Below, in pieces: positions 40,570-53,198 of a stretch of 64,000 nucleotides of DNA; the first letter of the stretch is position 1; each line of letters opens with the position of its first letter. Below the pieces are notes generated by a model that made no database searches, was not told where the DNA came from, and saw only the letters and a list, made by a program, of their open reading frames with translations. The stretch covers positions 39,854,388-39,918,387 of the forward strand of contig NC_092670.1 in NCBI RefSeq assembly GCF_964355755.1, written 5' to 3'. This DNA comes from Antedon mediterranea. Lineage: Eukaryota > Animalia > Echinodermata. Made by a program: the position numbers and the translations under genes.

Positions 40570-41010
40570 CGTTTTAACGCCACTTACACGCAAAAGGGCG
40601 TACGCTACGCTAGTCGTGCGCCGTATGTGTAAACATACCTTGAGTTATTCATTTATTATCGGATACAGGCGACACCTGCTATGGGTAAAGCAGTCTGGAA
40701 AATGCCACTTACACGCAAAACGGCGTATGATACGCCGGTCTTGCGCCGTATACGTTTGAACATACCCGGATATTTAAAAAATATTGGATACAGGCGACAC
40801 ATACTAAGAAAAAGGCAGTTTGGGGGACGTTACAACGCCACTTACACACAAGCCAGTCTTACGCTGTATACGTGTGAACATACCCTGAGTTACGACGCCG
40901 CCGCCACCTACACACAAGGTGTACGATACGCCAGTGTATGCAGTACGTGTGAACTTATTAGTTATTCAATAGTTATCTGAGACAGGTGACACTTAAGGGT
41001 AACAGTCTGG
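40570..41010. repeat. Degenerate ~90-130-bp CpG-rich tandem repeat, about 4 units
   Basis: gccacttacacgcaa...gtacgatacgcc...tgaacatacc...ggatacaggcgacac recurs. Confidence 0.65.
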
Positions 41011-41566
41011 AGAACAAGGAACGAAATAATATTGAGCTACTAGGTCGAAATACCATCCTTATTGTACTGAGTATTTTGTATTGAATAAAGATGTGTTTTT
41101 GGCCATATCATTATTAATTATTTGGACATTGTCTGTTTACACGACAGGAAATCGCTGAAAGCCTACAGTAGCTTAATGCACTGTACGTGGTATACTCTGT
41201 AATCAATAGGCTGATTTGATAATAATGTTGTCTGGTAATAAAATGAGCAAGATATAATGCAATGTAAAGCTTAGGCCTACATCGTGGGTAGGCTGATATA
41301 AATATGAAGGGGTTCGTCTGTATAAATTATAGTTAACTACTTACCGAAGAGTAGTATTTGATTAATGATATTAATTAAAATATTAGCTAATGTAAGCACT
41401 GCCACCGCTAATTGAAGACTGCATTATGTGAGTAGGTTTTATAGCCTACTCATTTCCCATTGCGATATAGATTTACATTAACCATCGAACCAACAGAGAT
41501 AACGGTTTGTGTAACCGCCGCACATATGGGCATTAATATACATTTAGTTGAATGTTAAAGTACAGT

Positions 41567-41772
41567 AATAATAATAATAATAAATAATAATAATTTAGGT
41601 ATTTGTATAGCGCCAGTATCTACTAAACCGAAGTGAAAATCAAAGGCGCTTGTAGGCCTATTAGATGTTAAAAAGATGCGTTTTAAGTTCTTTTTTAAAA
41701 ATAGCAATAGATGTTGATTTAGTAATATGTCGAGGGAGAGAATTCGAAAAAGAAGCAGCAGAGAATAAAAAC
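41567..41772 (-). mobile_element. Second L2-type 3' end with (TTA)n tail
   Basis: Reverse strand reads SNSLPRHITKSTSIAIFKKELKTHLFNI*, followed by ...ggcgctatacaaat and a (tta)n tail. Confidence 0.6.
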
Positions 41773-41949
41773 ACTATATTGATTTATAAGTATTTTCAAT
41801 ATTTATTTATTACTGTACAATAGAAAATACTATATACTCAACAAAACTTACAAAACAACAAAAAATAGAAAATGGAATGAAAATACAAAAATATATATAA
41901 ATAAAAACTATGAGGGCCTATACAAAAAGTTACCGTAATTTCATTAACA

Positions 41950-42525
41950 TTATTTAGGAAAGAGATAGGTTTTTAACATTTTTTTGAAATATTGCACATT
42001 TGGGGCTTCACGAATATAAGATGGTAAGTTATTCCACAATCTAGGACCGATGACAGAAAAACACTTATCGCCAAACGACCTCTTGGTCTTGGGGATGGCA
42101 AGACGGGTATGGTCTTGGGTAGATCGAAGTCCATGCCGACCAGAATGGTGTTTGTTTATAAGGTCCTGTAAATAACCAGGTGCTGAGCCATACAGACAGT
42201 TGTACACATGCACTAAGATCTTGAATTCAATCCTCTGCTGGACAGGCAACCAATGCAGCTCCCCAATGAGAGGAGACGCAGTGGTGCACTTGCTAGCTTG
42301 AAAAATAAGACGTGCAGCGCTATTTTGCAGTGTTTGCAAACGTCGGACGTCTGAAACAGCCAATCCACCGAGCAAAGAGTTGGCATAGTCCAGTCGGGAA
42401 ATAATTAAAGATCTCACTGCATGTGTACAAGTAGAGCGGTCTATGAAACACCGAATCCTACTCAAATTACGAAGATGGAAGTTTACCCTACTACGCAATG
42501 TACTAACATGATTTTTCATACAGAG
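41950..42525 (-). mobile_element. 5'-truncated L2/Crack-like LINE, C-terminal part of ORF2
   Basis: HAVRSLIISRLDYANSLL...LQTLQNSAARLI...LHWLPVQQRIEFKIL...GPRLWNNLP...FKKMLKTYLF is a typical post-RT region of the L2 clade. Confidence 0.88.
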
Positions 42526-44294
42526 GATATAATCTTTAGATAAAGTGACTGATAAAGTGATTGTTCTTTATTCTCGGAAATAAAGTAGCATCATTATCAT
42601 GAGTGTCTAATTAGTACTATGACGTCATAATGTAATAATGTACAAGTATATCAAATCATTAATATGATGACGTAAATACCTATAATTTACGTAATCGTTG
42701 GGATATTTATAATAATTGTTATCATGAATTTCAAGAATGATGGGCTTGAGTGTGAACGAATTGCGTTTCTAAAGCTCTGTCTACACTATCAAACTCTATG
42801 TGACCAAAATGTGATGTGTCTATATAATGGACATGATGATGTCATATCACTACTATATTTGGAAATATCACTACCATATTTGGGCACATCACAATTTTTT
42901 GTCAAACTAGTTTGTAGTTTAACCTTAACTAAACAAACGGGTAACATTTTCTTTAATGTGAGTCATTATACAGTAGGCTTGCCGGTATTTCAGATGTCAC
43001 ATTTGAATATTTTAGATTTATTAAATCAGATATTATATTATTTTAATAATCAGATATAAACCAAAACATCCTTACACATGGAACATGTTAAATATTCATT
43101 TAAATTAAACAAAAAAAGATACAGATAGGCCTACTTAAGTTTAGGCCTACATTCGTATATTTGTTTGTTTGTTTGTTTGTTTCTTTATTTCCATTCACAC
43201 AAAAAAAAAACATTAACATACATAAATATTCATTACAAAAGTGTGACGAGAAAACGAGGCGAGTTTCAATTGTAAGCGACAGACACTCTATGTCTAAAAC
43301 AAAATATCTGTTATAACACTATCATTTAAAATAACTCTCTTCATTTAGTTAATAAACCTGTTCATACGTACCTTCTGAATGCATAACCAACCTGGTGTAA
43401 ATCTAAGAGAATGAGCGCGTACGTCAAACACGTTAGTCCATTGAAGATACAACTATCGCTAATAACTACAACACCGCAGCCTACTGAGACGTGACAACAC
43501 AATGGTTTCACACTCGTCAACAGGCTTTTGTAGTATTATTTTTACCGTCAATTTATAACCAATATTCCAGGCAGTACAGTACAGTTTCGTTCCTCCCACT
43601 GATGCCAGTCGCATCCACGAGGCAGATAAGTAATAATTCATATATTAAGCGCCAAAACCAGATTGAACATGCTTTAACCTTTTTGAGATATTAATAAACT
43701 CAACACAAGATTTTATTCGCATTTATGTGAATGATTTATGATATTTGTTAGCCCACTAATGGAAAGCAATCAATTTTAATTTATTGTGTGGTTGGTTAAG
43801 TTATAAAATTTTCATAAATATCAACATTCGATAAAACAACTTCTACATACTGTTTCCAATTCTTGTTGTGACAAGGTCAATGACGTAGAAGGGTAGGGGG
43901 TGGGGCGCGCAATAGTTATGATGACGGTAATAAATGATTCATTTAGATCATTCGTTCATGAACAATTAAAAAAACATGAGTTGAGAAAATAACCTGTGTA
44001 GCTTGGAGACTTTAATACACAAAGCACAAGACAAACATTGTGTTGGCGTGTTTACAAATATTGATGTTGAAGATTATGATAATGATTTTGACGACACCTT
44101 GACATTAAAGTACGATTTTATAATGTGCGTACAATACGAATCATAATTTAATATCAGCGGGTTTTTTTTGACGCACAGGAAAATGTACCTCGTTTCGTCG
44201 TTGGTGTCGCTAATGCTTAGTTTAGGTAATTTTAGTTTACTTATTAGGTACTCAGTTTTTATACATATTACATAATTAGTTTGCTATTTAGTAA

Positions 44295-45212
44295 GATACT
44301 TGTACTTAGTTTGCTATAGTAGGCCTACCTATTGTACTTACTTTGCAGAGATAGGTACTTGTACTTAGTTTGCTATAAAGTAACTATACAGATACATAGG
44401 CCTACTTAGTTTGCTATAAAGTATCTATATCATAGAGATAGTAGGTACACTTGTACTTAGTTTGCTATAAAGTAACTATATAGATTTATATACGTGTACT
44501 TAGTTTGCTATAAAGTAACTAAATAGAGATATATACGTGTACTTAGTTTGCTAATAAGTACCTATATAGAGATATATACGTGTACTTAGTTTGCTATAAA
44601 GTACCTATATAGAGATATATACGTGTACTTAGTTTGCTATAAAGTACCTATATAGAGATATATACGTGTACTTAGTTTGCTAATATGTATCTATATAGAG
44701 ATATATACGTGTACTTAGTTTGCTATAGAGTACCTATATAGAGATATATACGTGTACTTAGTTTGCTATAAAGTACCTATATAGAGATATATACGTGTAC
44801 TTAGTTTGCTATAAAGTACCTATATAGAGATATATACGTGTACTTAGTTTGCTATAGAGTACCTATATAGAGATATATACGTGTACTTAGTTTGCTATAA
44901 AGTACCTATATAGAGATATATACGTGTACTTAGTTTGCTAATATGTACCTATATAGAGATATATACGTGTACTTAGTTTGCTATAGACTACCTATATAGA
45001 GATATATACGTGTACTTAGTTTGCTATAAAGTACCTATATAGATTTATATACGTGTACTTAGTTTGCTATAAAGTAACTATATAGAGATATATACGTGTA
45101 CTTAGTTTGCTATAAAGTAACTATATAGAGATATATACGTGTAATAAGTTTGCTATAGAGTACCGTACCTACATAGGAATAGGTACTTATAATGTGCTTA
45201 GTTTGCTATAGT
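44295..45212. repeat. 43-bp minisatellite, roughly 18-20 units with degenerate flanks
   Basis: GTACTTAGTTTGCTATAAAGTACCTATATAGAGATATATACGT repeated. Confidence 0.95.
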
Positions 45213-46668
45213 TTGGACGTGCAAATGATTGCACTAAATATACAAATTAGTGAGATTTCAGATTTTATTATTTTCTTTCTAAACAGAACATTGTTTAATT
45301 GAGAACATCAGCTGAAGGAAGACAATAAAGTCAACAGTGATCATGAAAATAAAAATCTAGCCTACATTTTTTAATTGATTTATTATACAAATTATATTTT
45401 AATGTCTTTAGTAAGCTAATAATTATGTAAGACTAAAGATGATGATAAAATGTTTGTTGTTGACAGTTATTATTAAGAACTCAACAAGACACTCTTTTAT
45501 CAATATCTGTTTCATAAAAAATTGTCAAATAATAATGCACAAACTGGTTTCCTTATTGAAATAGGAATAAGAAAAATAATAATTTAAAAAAATATGAATT
45601 TTATGAATTAAATCCATGGTTAAACTTAAAATGTCGCAATCGCGATTTAACTTTCGCGTCCCGCGTCCCCACAGCTTGCGAGTCAAACTGTTTAGCAATA
45701 ACGCTTGGTTCCCACTAGAGACTCAACGCAATGACGTAATCGCAACGACCAAGTTGACCAATACAACTCTCTTGCCATGCGTAACGTCAATTAGTTGCGT
45801 CTTATGTGGGAATGAAGCTTTAAATAGAATGCCGATGGCACCAATAGAGATTTTAGACAGTAACTTCGGATAAAAACTATAATATTCATATGGGACATCT
45901 TTACAGGATGTATCGAACTGATTTCATAAATTATTTAAAAAAATTCAATGTGGACACGATCTTCTATAGATGCCGTACTGATGGTTTAATATGTATATTA
46001 TACATCTGCGGTCCATTTTAATAAACAAATATATATGTATCCTGTTATTAGTATTTCAACTCAAATTAAGAAGAGTGAATTTGATGATAAAAATCAATCC
46101 AGACATTTATATGATATTTATAGCTTATATGAACATATATACTTTGTTTATTATTCGTATACTACACATAAACGCACATATACTTATATATAGTTTAAGT
46201 CATTTATTTGATAGTTTACATAAACTAATACTTATTTATAGTATGTGTGCTGTACATAATTAAAGCCTAACAACTCGGCTTAGAATATGTTTATTGTGTC
46301 TACAAAATGTTTAAGTTGGTAAGTAAACGAGGAGGTAGTTTAGTACTGGCACTGTCAATGTGGTAAGCAGTACGTCCGAGAGGACACTTTCAACAAGAAT
46401 AAGCAAAGATACGAAGTATTTATACCAGAATAAGTCAAGACGAGGTATCTATACCAGAAGAAGTTAGATTATATTTAGCGATTCGTGATTCATCTTTGGA
46501 AGATTCTTCGTGGATTTCCGCAACGACAAACGACCTTTTAAAAATCTCAGGGTATTTGGAATTGCTAATTGTAGAAGTTTATTTGAAGGTTTGGAACATT
46601 CGTCAAGTTACGAACAACATTGAAGCTGAAGTACTAGTAAAACTATTTTCAGCTAATCTGTCTACAAA

Positions 46669-49600
46669 ATGGCGATGACAACAGAGAACTATGACGTGGC
46701 TACAACGGCAGAAGATGAAGTGACGTCTGCACCAGAAATACCGAGACTTCTAAACCTGTTCTTGGTAGCGTACCTTCTAATATTCGGACTCATCGGTTTC
46801 TTTGGCAACCTATCCGTCATCAGTATTTTTAGAACGTGAGTACACGCAGTATATGGTCACCATGCACTGCTGCAACGTGTAGTAGCACAATGTATCTGTA
46901 CAATCATCACAGAATCTTTATTTAAACATCGCACGGTTCACGATTTTCTTTCAAAGGTAGTTATTATTTCACTTTCACGTCACTAAAACAATACGCAACT
47001 CAGTTTCAAGTTTCAAGTTTCAATTTATTTTCAAAATTGCAAGATAATTTGTTGAGATATCATCTCGTCACCTTGCACTGCAGAAACGTGTAGTACACTA
47101 TATGTATCTGTACAATCGTCACAATATCTTTATTTAAACATCGCACGGTTCACGATTTTCTTTCAAAAGTAGTTATTATTTCACTTTCACGTCACTAAAA
47201 CAATACGCAACTCAGTTTCAAGTTTCACGTTTCAATTTATTTTCAAAATTGCAAGTTTATAAGATAATTTGTTGAGATATCATCTCGTCACCTTTCACTG
47301 CAGAAACGTGTAGTACATGTATCAAATTGTCACACTTTGTGTACATCGCCCAGTTCACGATTCCAAATGTTTATATTTCACTTTCAAGTTTCAATTTATT
47401 TTCAAAATTGCATGAATATAAAAGATAATTTGAAGAGATAATTGGTAAAGATAAAGCAAAAATGGAGGGAAAAAACCAAAATAGCAATGCTCGTTGTTAT
47501 GGCTACCCTTATACATAATATAACCTTTTAAAAATACACCTTTTTCCCTATAAGTAATGTTTACCAGATGATAGATGATATTTTAAAGCGCTTTGATCAT
47601 TGTCAAAGGCTCTATACAAATGACAATGTTATGTTAATATGTTATTTTCTAGACAAAAAATGATGTAATGAGATAGCAGTTTTTATCGTTTTAATTCCAT
47701 TTTATGTGTAGGCCTATACCTCGTTTTCTTTTTCTTGTTGTCTTGTATACAAATTGATTGGATACAATGATTTTGACCAAATAAAATGAATGAATGAATT
47801 CCTCATAAATGAAGCAATCCATCCAGAATTGTTCTTATCTTTCTTTTTACTCATTGATAAACAGAATAAGATCTTTACAAAATTTGAAAATCCAAAATGG
47901 CGGCTTTCCCGAGGCCACAGAAGATCTAGAACTTTTTTGGTGGATATATAAGCCCCATATGACATTAATCAGTTGAAAAGCACTTGTTTCTAATTTTCCC
48001 AGAGAAAGTAGAAAATGGGGATACTGAGAGGCCTATTCTTATATGTACATAGGCCTATTAATACATATATACTTAACTTCTATTCTGGATGATCGCGAGC
48101 TAGCATTTTACTCATAACGTATATTGATATGATTCACAGAACAAGATCTTTACAAACACCAGGCAACATGCTGATCATCAATCTAGCTACAAGTGATATT
48201 CTGATGGTTATCACGCAGTTTCCTGCAATGTTTGTGAATACAGTAGCTGGAAAATTTCTGTTGGGAGACATAGGTAAGAATGGTTCTTTAAGTAGACAAC
48301 AAGACATCATATTTGAGTTACTTTTTCTTATTGTTGTAATGAAAACAAAATGAAAATCATGTGCGGCCGAGAAATGTATAAATAGTATGCGAGTAGCATA
48401 GTAGGAGTGAGTGGCCGAGCGGTTGAGACAATGGAACCGTAATTACGTAGCCATAACATCGACCAGGCTTCGAGGCTCACTCGCTCCATGGTTCTGGTGG
48501 TAGAACGAGTCTTCTCGGATAAGGACTATAAACCGCAGGTACAGTGTACACATCTGGCTCATGTACACTTTAAAAAACCTAATACATCTTTCGAGACGCG
48601 TAGGGGGTTAGCCTGGTGTACTAGTAGCCTACACACAGCCACTGATCATATCTGGGCCCTCTGGGAGACCAGTCTTTGACTGAAGAGGTTACCCAGTATG
48701 TAAATAATTACCAAAGAGGTCACCCAGTATGTAAGAGGTCACCCAGTATGTAAATAATTAACAAATAAAACTATACGGAGAATGAATTAACACAATTGAA
48801 TTCGTTTTATTTCAAACTTATAAATATTCTTTCACACAGGTTGTCAGATATATGCTTTCTTCGGTTCCACATTCGGTATCATGTCAATTACATCGATGGC
48901 CACCATAGCACTTGACCGTTATTACGTAATATGTAACGCAATGAGAGCAACTCGAACGGTGACCAAGAAGCGCTCACGGTACATCATACTGTTCGTATGG
49001 TTATACTCGCTGACGTGGTCAGTTCCTCCTTTATTTGGATTCGGACGATACACATCTGAAGGATACGATCTTAGCTGTACATTTGATTATCAAGATCAAG
49101 CTACCAACAACATGATCTTCGTTGGCTTGATATTTGTAACGGATTTTTTTCTTCCGCTTATTGTGATCATCTGCTGCTACACAAAGATCGTAATATCAGT
49201 TAGAAAACATCGAATAGGTATGAAGAAAATTGTGGATAGCAAACGTGACAGCACAAAGTCAAAGCAAATCGCAGAGGAGAAAAAAGAATTCAAAATCGCT
49301 AAAATCGGTATGATTATAACTGCTCTATTCTGTATAGCGTGGCTACCATATGCTACCGTTGCTTTTATTGGTCAGTTCATAGACGAAGAAATACCGACAC
49401 CACTTCTGCAAACACTACCGGTCGTCTTCGCAAAGAGCTCGTGTGTCGTTAACCCAATCGTATACGCCATAACACACGATAAGTTTAAAGCAGCACTCAC
49501 ACAAAAATACATAAAAATGTGTTGCAGTCAGTATGAGAAAGACTCAAGAGCGAGTCAGTATAAAGGCGGTCGTAGCATGGCCAAGCGAGAGTCATCTATT

Positions 49601-49801
49601 GCAAGCACGGTTAACAGCATGGAGTTTAATCTAGAGGACGACCCACCGAAGGTGGATACTAAACAGCCAAATGTTGTCGAAAAAGGCAACACTGACGTCG
49701 TACAGCAACCATCGTCCAACACGGACAAGCCCGTAGTGGTTGCCGCAATCAGTGGTGGAATAGACAACCCAGCATTACAACTAGAAAACACCGACCTATA
49801 G
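46669..49801 (+). CDS. Rhabdomeric-type (melanopsin/opsin4-like) opsin, 420 aa; exons 46669-46835, 48140-48273, 48840-49801
   Basis: Exon phases are compatible (167+134+962 nt). TM1 GFFGN, LQTPGNMLIINLATSD, GCQIY, DRY, EGYDLSCTFDY (E181-equivalent counterion), AWLPY, Schiff-base Lys in FAKSSCVVNPIVYAITHDKFK, and a CC pair after helix 8. Confidence 0.93.
46856..47440. repeat. About 210-bp tandem triplication in opsin intron 1
   Basis: gtcacc.tgcactgc...acgtgtagta...catcgcacggttcacgatt...ttcaatttattttcaaaattgca...aagataatttg occurs three times, the third shorter. Confidence 0.88.
48400..48765 (+). mobile_element. tRNA-derived SINE in opsin intron 2
   Basis: A-box GTGGCCGAGCGGTT, degenerate B box GGCTTCGAGGC, central TCTCGGATAAGGACTATAAACCG, 3' tail of three AAGAGGTCACCCAGTATGTAA-type repeats. 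Confidence 0.7.
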
Positions 49802-50926
49802 GCTTTAAGCTTGGTTCCCACTAGCGACGCAACGCAAGGACATGATACGCAACGTAAATGATTTGACCAATCACAAGCGATGGATTGTTGGAACAGTGAC
49901 TTGTCATTGGTCAACTCGCTTGCGTTGTGCGCGCGTGCGTCCTTTCGTTGCGTCTCTAGTGGGAACCACGCTTAACCATCAACATCATGAGGATAGAGTC
50001 GGGCGGGATCGGAAAACAAATATTATCCATTATGTTAATGTATTCCTACAATGATAATCCATGTTAAATCCTAAACTGAATCCGATTCAGTGTTTGTATC
50101 CCAGAGCTTCGGCAATAATAAATCATCTAGCGTATGCTAAATAATTTATATTACATTTACAAGGCCACATCTAGACAAGCGAAAGCTTTTAATTTGGTCT
50201 TTTTGTAAAATAAGTTGAGCAGCAATGTAATGATTATTGTTAGTTTATATTTTGACAATATATGTAAAATGTAGTAGGTCAATTTTCTGAAATTTAGCAA
50301 GCAAATCAATCTACGATAACTTTAGATCTTGGCCAATCCTAAAGTCTTCGAAAATGTACAGTGCCAATTTTAATCTGCACTAATCCTGAATTTATATTAA
50401 TCCTGATCTGCGACTAATCCCACCACACCTTGTAAATAGATAAGTTATCAAATGTGTTGTTCTATTATATGTATTTGACTGTACCTACTAAATATAAATG
50501 TTTTAATTATAGGATTTAGTTCCCTTTTGTGTTTCATGCCACTTACTTTGTAGTTGTTGGTTTGTTGCCAATCGAAAGCTACTAAGGCATATCAAAAGGA
50601 AGTTTTCCTTAACATACCATATAAACACGGTTTCACACTACTTTATGCAAAAATATAATTCACTAAAAGCAGGTTTTGATCAGTGTGTCTAAAGTTTGAG
50701 GTTTCTATCAATAAAATATCAATTCACTTTAGTATATTGATTCGTTTCTCTTTATGTTGCCAGACTCAATATAAATGTTTTCGTTTTCTTAGTTTTCTGT
50801 CTATGCTATCAAACTTGATTGACAAAAAAGGTGTGATATGCCCAAATATGGTAATTATAGGACCTCATCAGGTTCATATATGGGCACATCACATTGTTTA
50901 GTCACACAAAGTTTGATAGGGTAGAC

Positions 50927-51753
50927 AGAGTATATCTAGGCCTATATATATCTATATCAGGGTATATCTAGGCCTATATATATATATCTATATCAGGGTA
51001 TATCTAGGCCTATATATATATATCTATATCAGGGTATATCTAGGCCTATATATATATATATATATATATCAGGGTATATCTAGGCCTATATATATATATA
51101 TATCAGGGTATATCTAGGCCTATATATATATATATCTATATCAGGGTATATCTAGGCCTATATATATATATCTATATCAGGGTATATCTAGGCCTATATA
51201 TATATATATCTATATCAGGGTATATCTAGGCCTATATATATATATATCTATATCAGGGTATATCTAGGCCTATATATATATATCTATATCAGGGTATATC
51301 TAGGCCTATATATATATATCTATATCAGAGTATATCTAGGCATATATATATCTATATCAGAGTATATCTAGGCCTATATATATCTATATCAGAGTATATC
51401 TAGGCCTATATATATCTATATCAGGGTATATCTAGGCCTATATATATATATATCTATATCAGGGTATATCTAGGCCTATATATATATATATCTATATCAG
51501 GGTATATCTAGGCCTATATATATATATCTATATCAGGGTATATCTAGGCCTATATATATATATCTATATCAGAGTATATCTAGGCCTATATATATCTATA
51601 TCAGAGTATATCTAGGCCTATATATATCTATATCAGAGTATATCTAGGCCTATATATATCTATATCAGGGTATATCTAGGCCTATATATATATATATCTA
51701 TATCAGGGTATATCTAGGCCTATATATATATATCTATATCAGAGTATATCTAG
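50927..51753. repeat. Compound minisatellite with variable (TA)n core, more than 20 units
   Basis: AG(A/G)GTATATCTAGGCC(TA)nTCTATATC units. Confidence 0.95.
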
Positions 51754-52870
51754 ACTGCCGTAAAGCATTTGATATGGTACCTCATGAAAGACTGATAGCT
51801 AAACTGAGAGCAATGGGTATATCAGGCAAAATCCTAAAGTGGACATCCAACTTTCTTCATGATAGACGTCAGCGTGTCTCTGTTAAAGGGCAACTATCAT
51901 GTTGGCTACCAGTGACTAGTGGAGTCGTCCAAGGCTCAGTACTAGGTCCAGTACTCTTCCTGATCTTTATAAATGACATTCTTGACTCAATCAACTCCAA
52001 CGGCAAGTTATTTGCGGATGATGCAAAAGTATATCGCCGCATACGCTCTGAAAATGATGCCCAAATGCTTCAAAAAGACCTTGACAAACTCATGGAGTAA
52101 ACGCTGGCTTCTCCAGTTCAATGAGACAAAGTGTAATGTTGTACATATGAGGTCGCAAAATCCTAATTATACATATCTTCTTGGTGACACTGATCTTGCA
52201 TCTGTGACTGAGCAAAGTGATCTGGGATTAACTGTTACTACAGATTTCAAATTCAAAACACACGTAAACAAGATTGTCGCAAAAGCTAATGGCAGAATTG
52301 CAATGATTAGGCGCACCTTCACTTACTTAGATAAAGAGATATTCATCCCATTGTATAAAACGCTAATTCGTCCACTCTTAGAGTACTGTGTACAAGTGTG
52401 GTCACCTAACCAAGTTGGACTCAAGAAGATTTTAGAAAGAGCACAAAACCGAGCAACCAAACTTGTACCTGAACTTAGGAATCTTCCCGCTGATGAGCGT
52501 CTTGCCATGCTTCACCTACCAACACTCCAAGAAAGACGAGATAGAGGTGATCTCATTGAAATGTTCAAAATTATCCGTGGTATAGTAAACATTGAGGCAA
52601 ATTCATTTTTCACTCTAAGGCAGAACCCCGGAGGTTATATAACCAGAGGACACTCACTTACACTATCTAAACCTAGATACAAAACCATCAGGAGATATAC
52701 CTATTTTGACGTCAGAGCAATCAACTAATGGAACTCACTACCAGAACATGTAATTAACAGCACAAACACAAATTCATTCAAAAACAACCTCGACATTCAC
52801 ATAAAGAAAAGGAGAGGAGGCAACTATTACGAGCATTAAGCTCACAGCCTCTTTTAATCACTAAAGGTAA
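51744..52870 (+). mobile_element. 5'-truncated, decayed CR1-type LINE (RT C-terminal part)
   Basis: VYLDCRKAFDMVPH, SGVVQGSVLGPVLFLIFIND, LFADDAK, LIRPLLEYCVQVWSP, RGDLIEMFKI, TRGH. Frameshift near 52095 and in-frame stop at 52726-52728. Confidence 0.92.
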
Positions 52871-53034
52871 GAGCTTTCAATTACCTTGGTTGGACCATGG
52901 ACCTATAAATGGATGGACCTTATGGGTTTTTTACGTTCTCTAAACAGTTTTCATACGTTCTTTAAAAAATGTTTTTATCTCGTTTTATATTAAATAGGGC
53001 CAATATCTGGATACAACTCCTTACGTTAAACCAG

Positions 53035-53198
53035 TAAAGCTTGGTTCCCACTAGGAAACAGCGCAAGGACGTACGCGCAACGCAAGCGAGTTGACCAATG
53101 ATAAAGCCACTGTTCAAATAATCCATCGCTTGTGATTGGTCAAATCACGTACGTTACGTTACGTCCTTGCGTTGCGTCTCTAGTGGGAACCAAGATTT
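53035..53198. mobile_element. MITE family B, representative copy (about 160 bp; Harbinger-like). Other copies near 3998-4158, 16056-16344, 17510-17665, 35440-35885 (nested), 38320-38490, 40262 (partial), 45700-45822, 49806-49975, 53669-53808
   Basis: TIR AGCTTGGTTCCCACTAG / CTAGTGGGAACCAAGCT with TAA/TTA flanks; long internal inverted repeats (ACGCAACGCAAG...TTGACCAAT / ATTGGTCAA...CTTGCGTTGCGT). Confidence 0.85.

Noticed and set aside
42724-43059. ORFs sharing [10 protein letters not shown] / KALSTLSN / MPKYGSD peptides (also 5985, 16075, 30412, 34529, 50683, 55722)
   Set aside because: These are translations of MITE family A, not a gene family.
44295-45212. Regular repeat array resembling CRISPR
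   Set aside because: Units are contiguous with no unique spacers, there are no cas genes, and the context is eukaryotic.
50927-51753. Repeat array next to a reverse transcriptase, suggesting a retron, DGR or CRISPR-RT system
   Set aside because: The RT is a truncated, frameshifted CR1 LINE and the variable part of the array is only (TA)n length.
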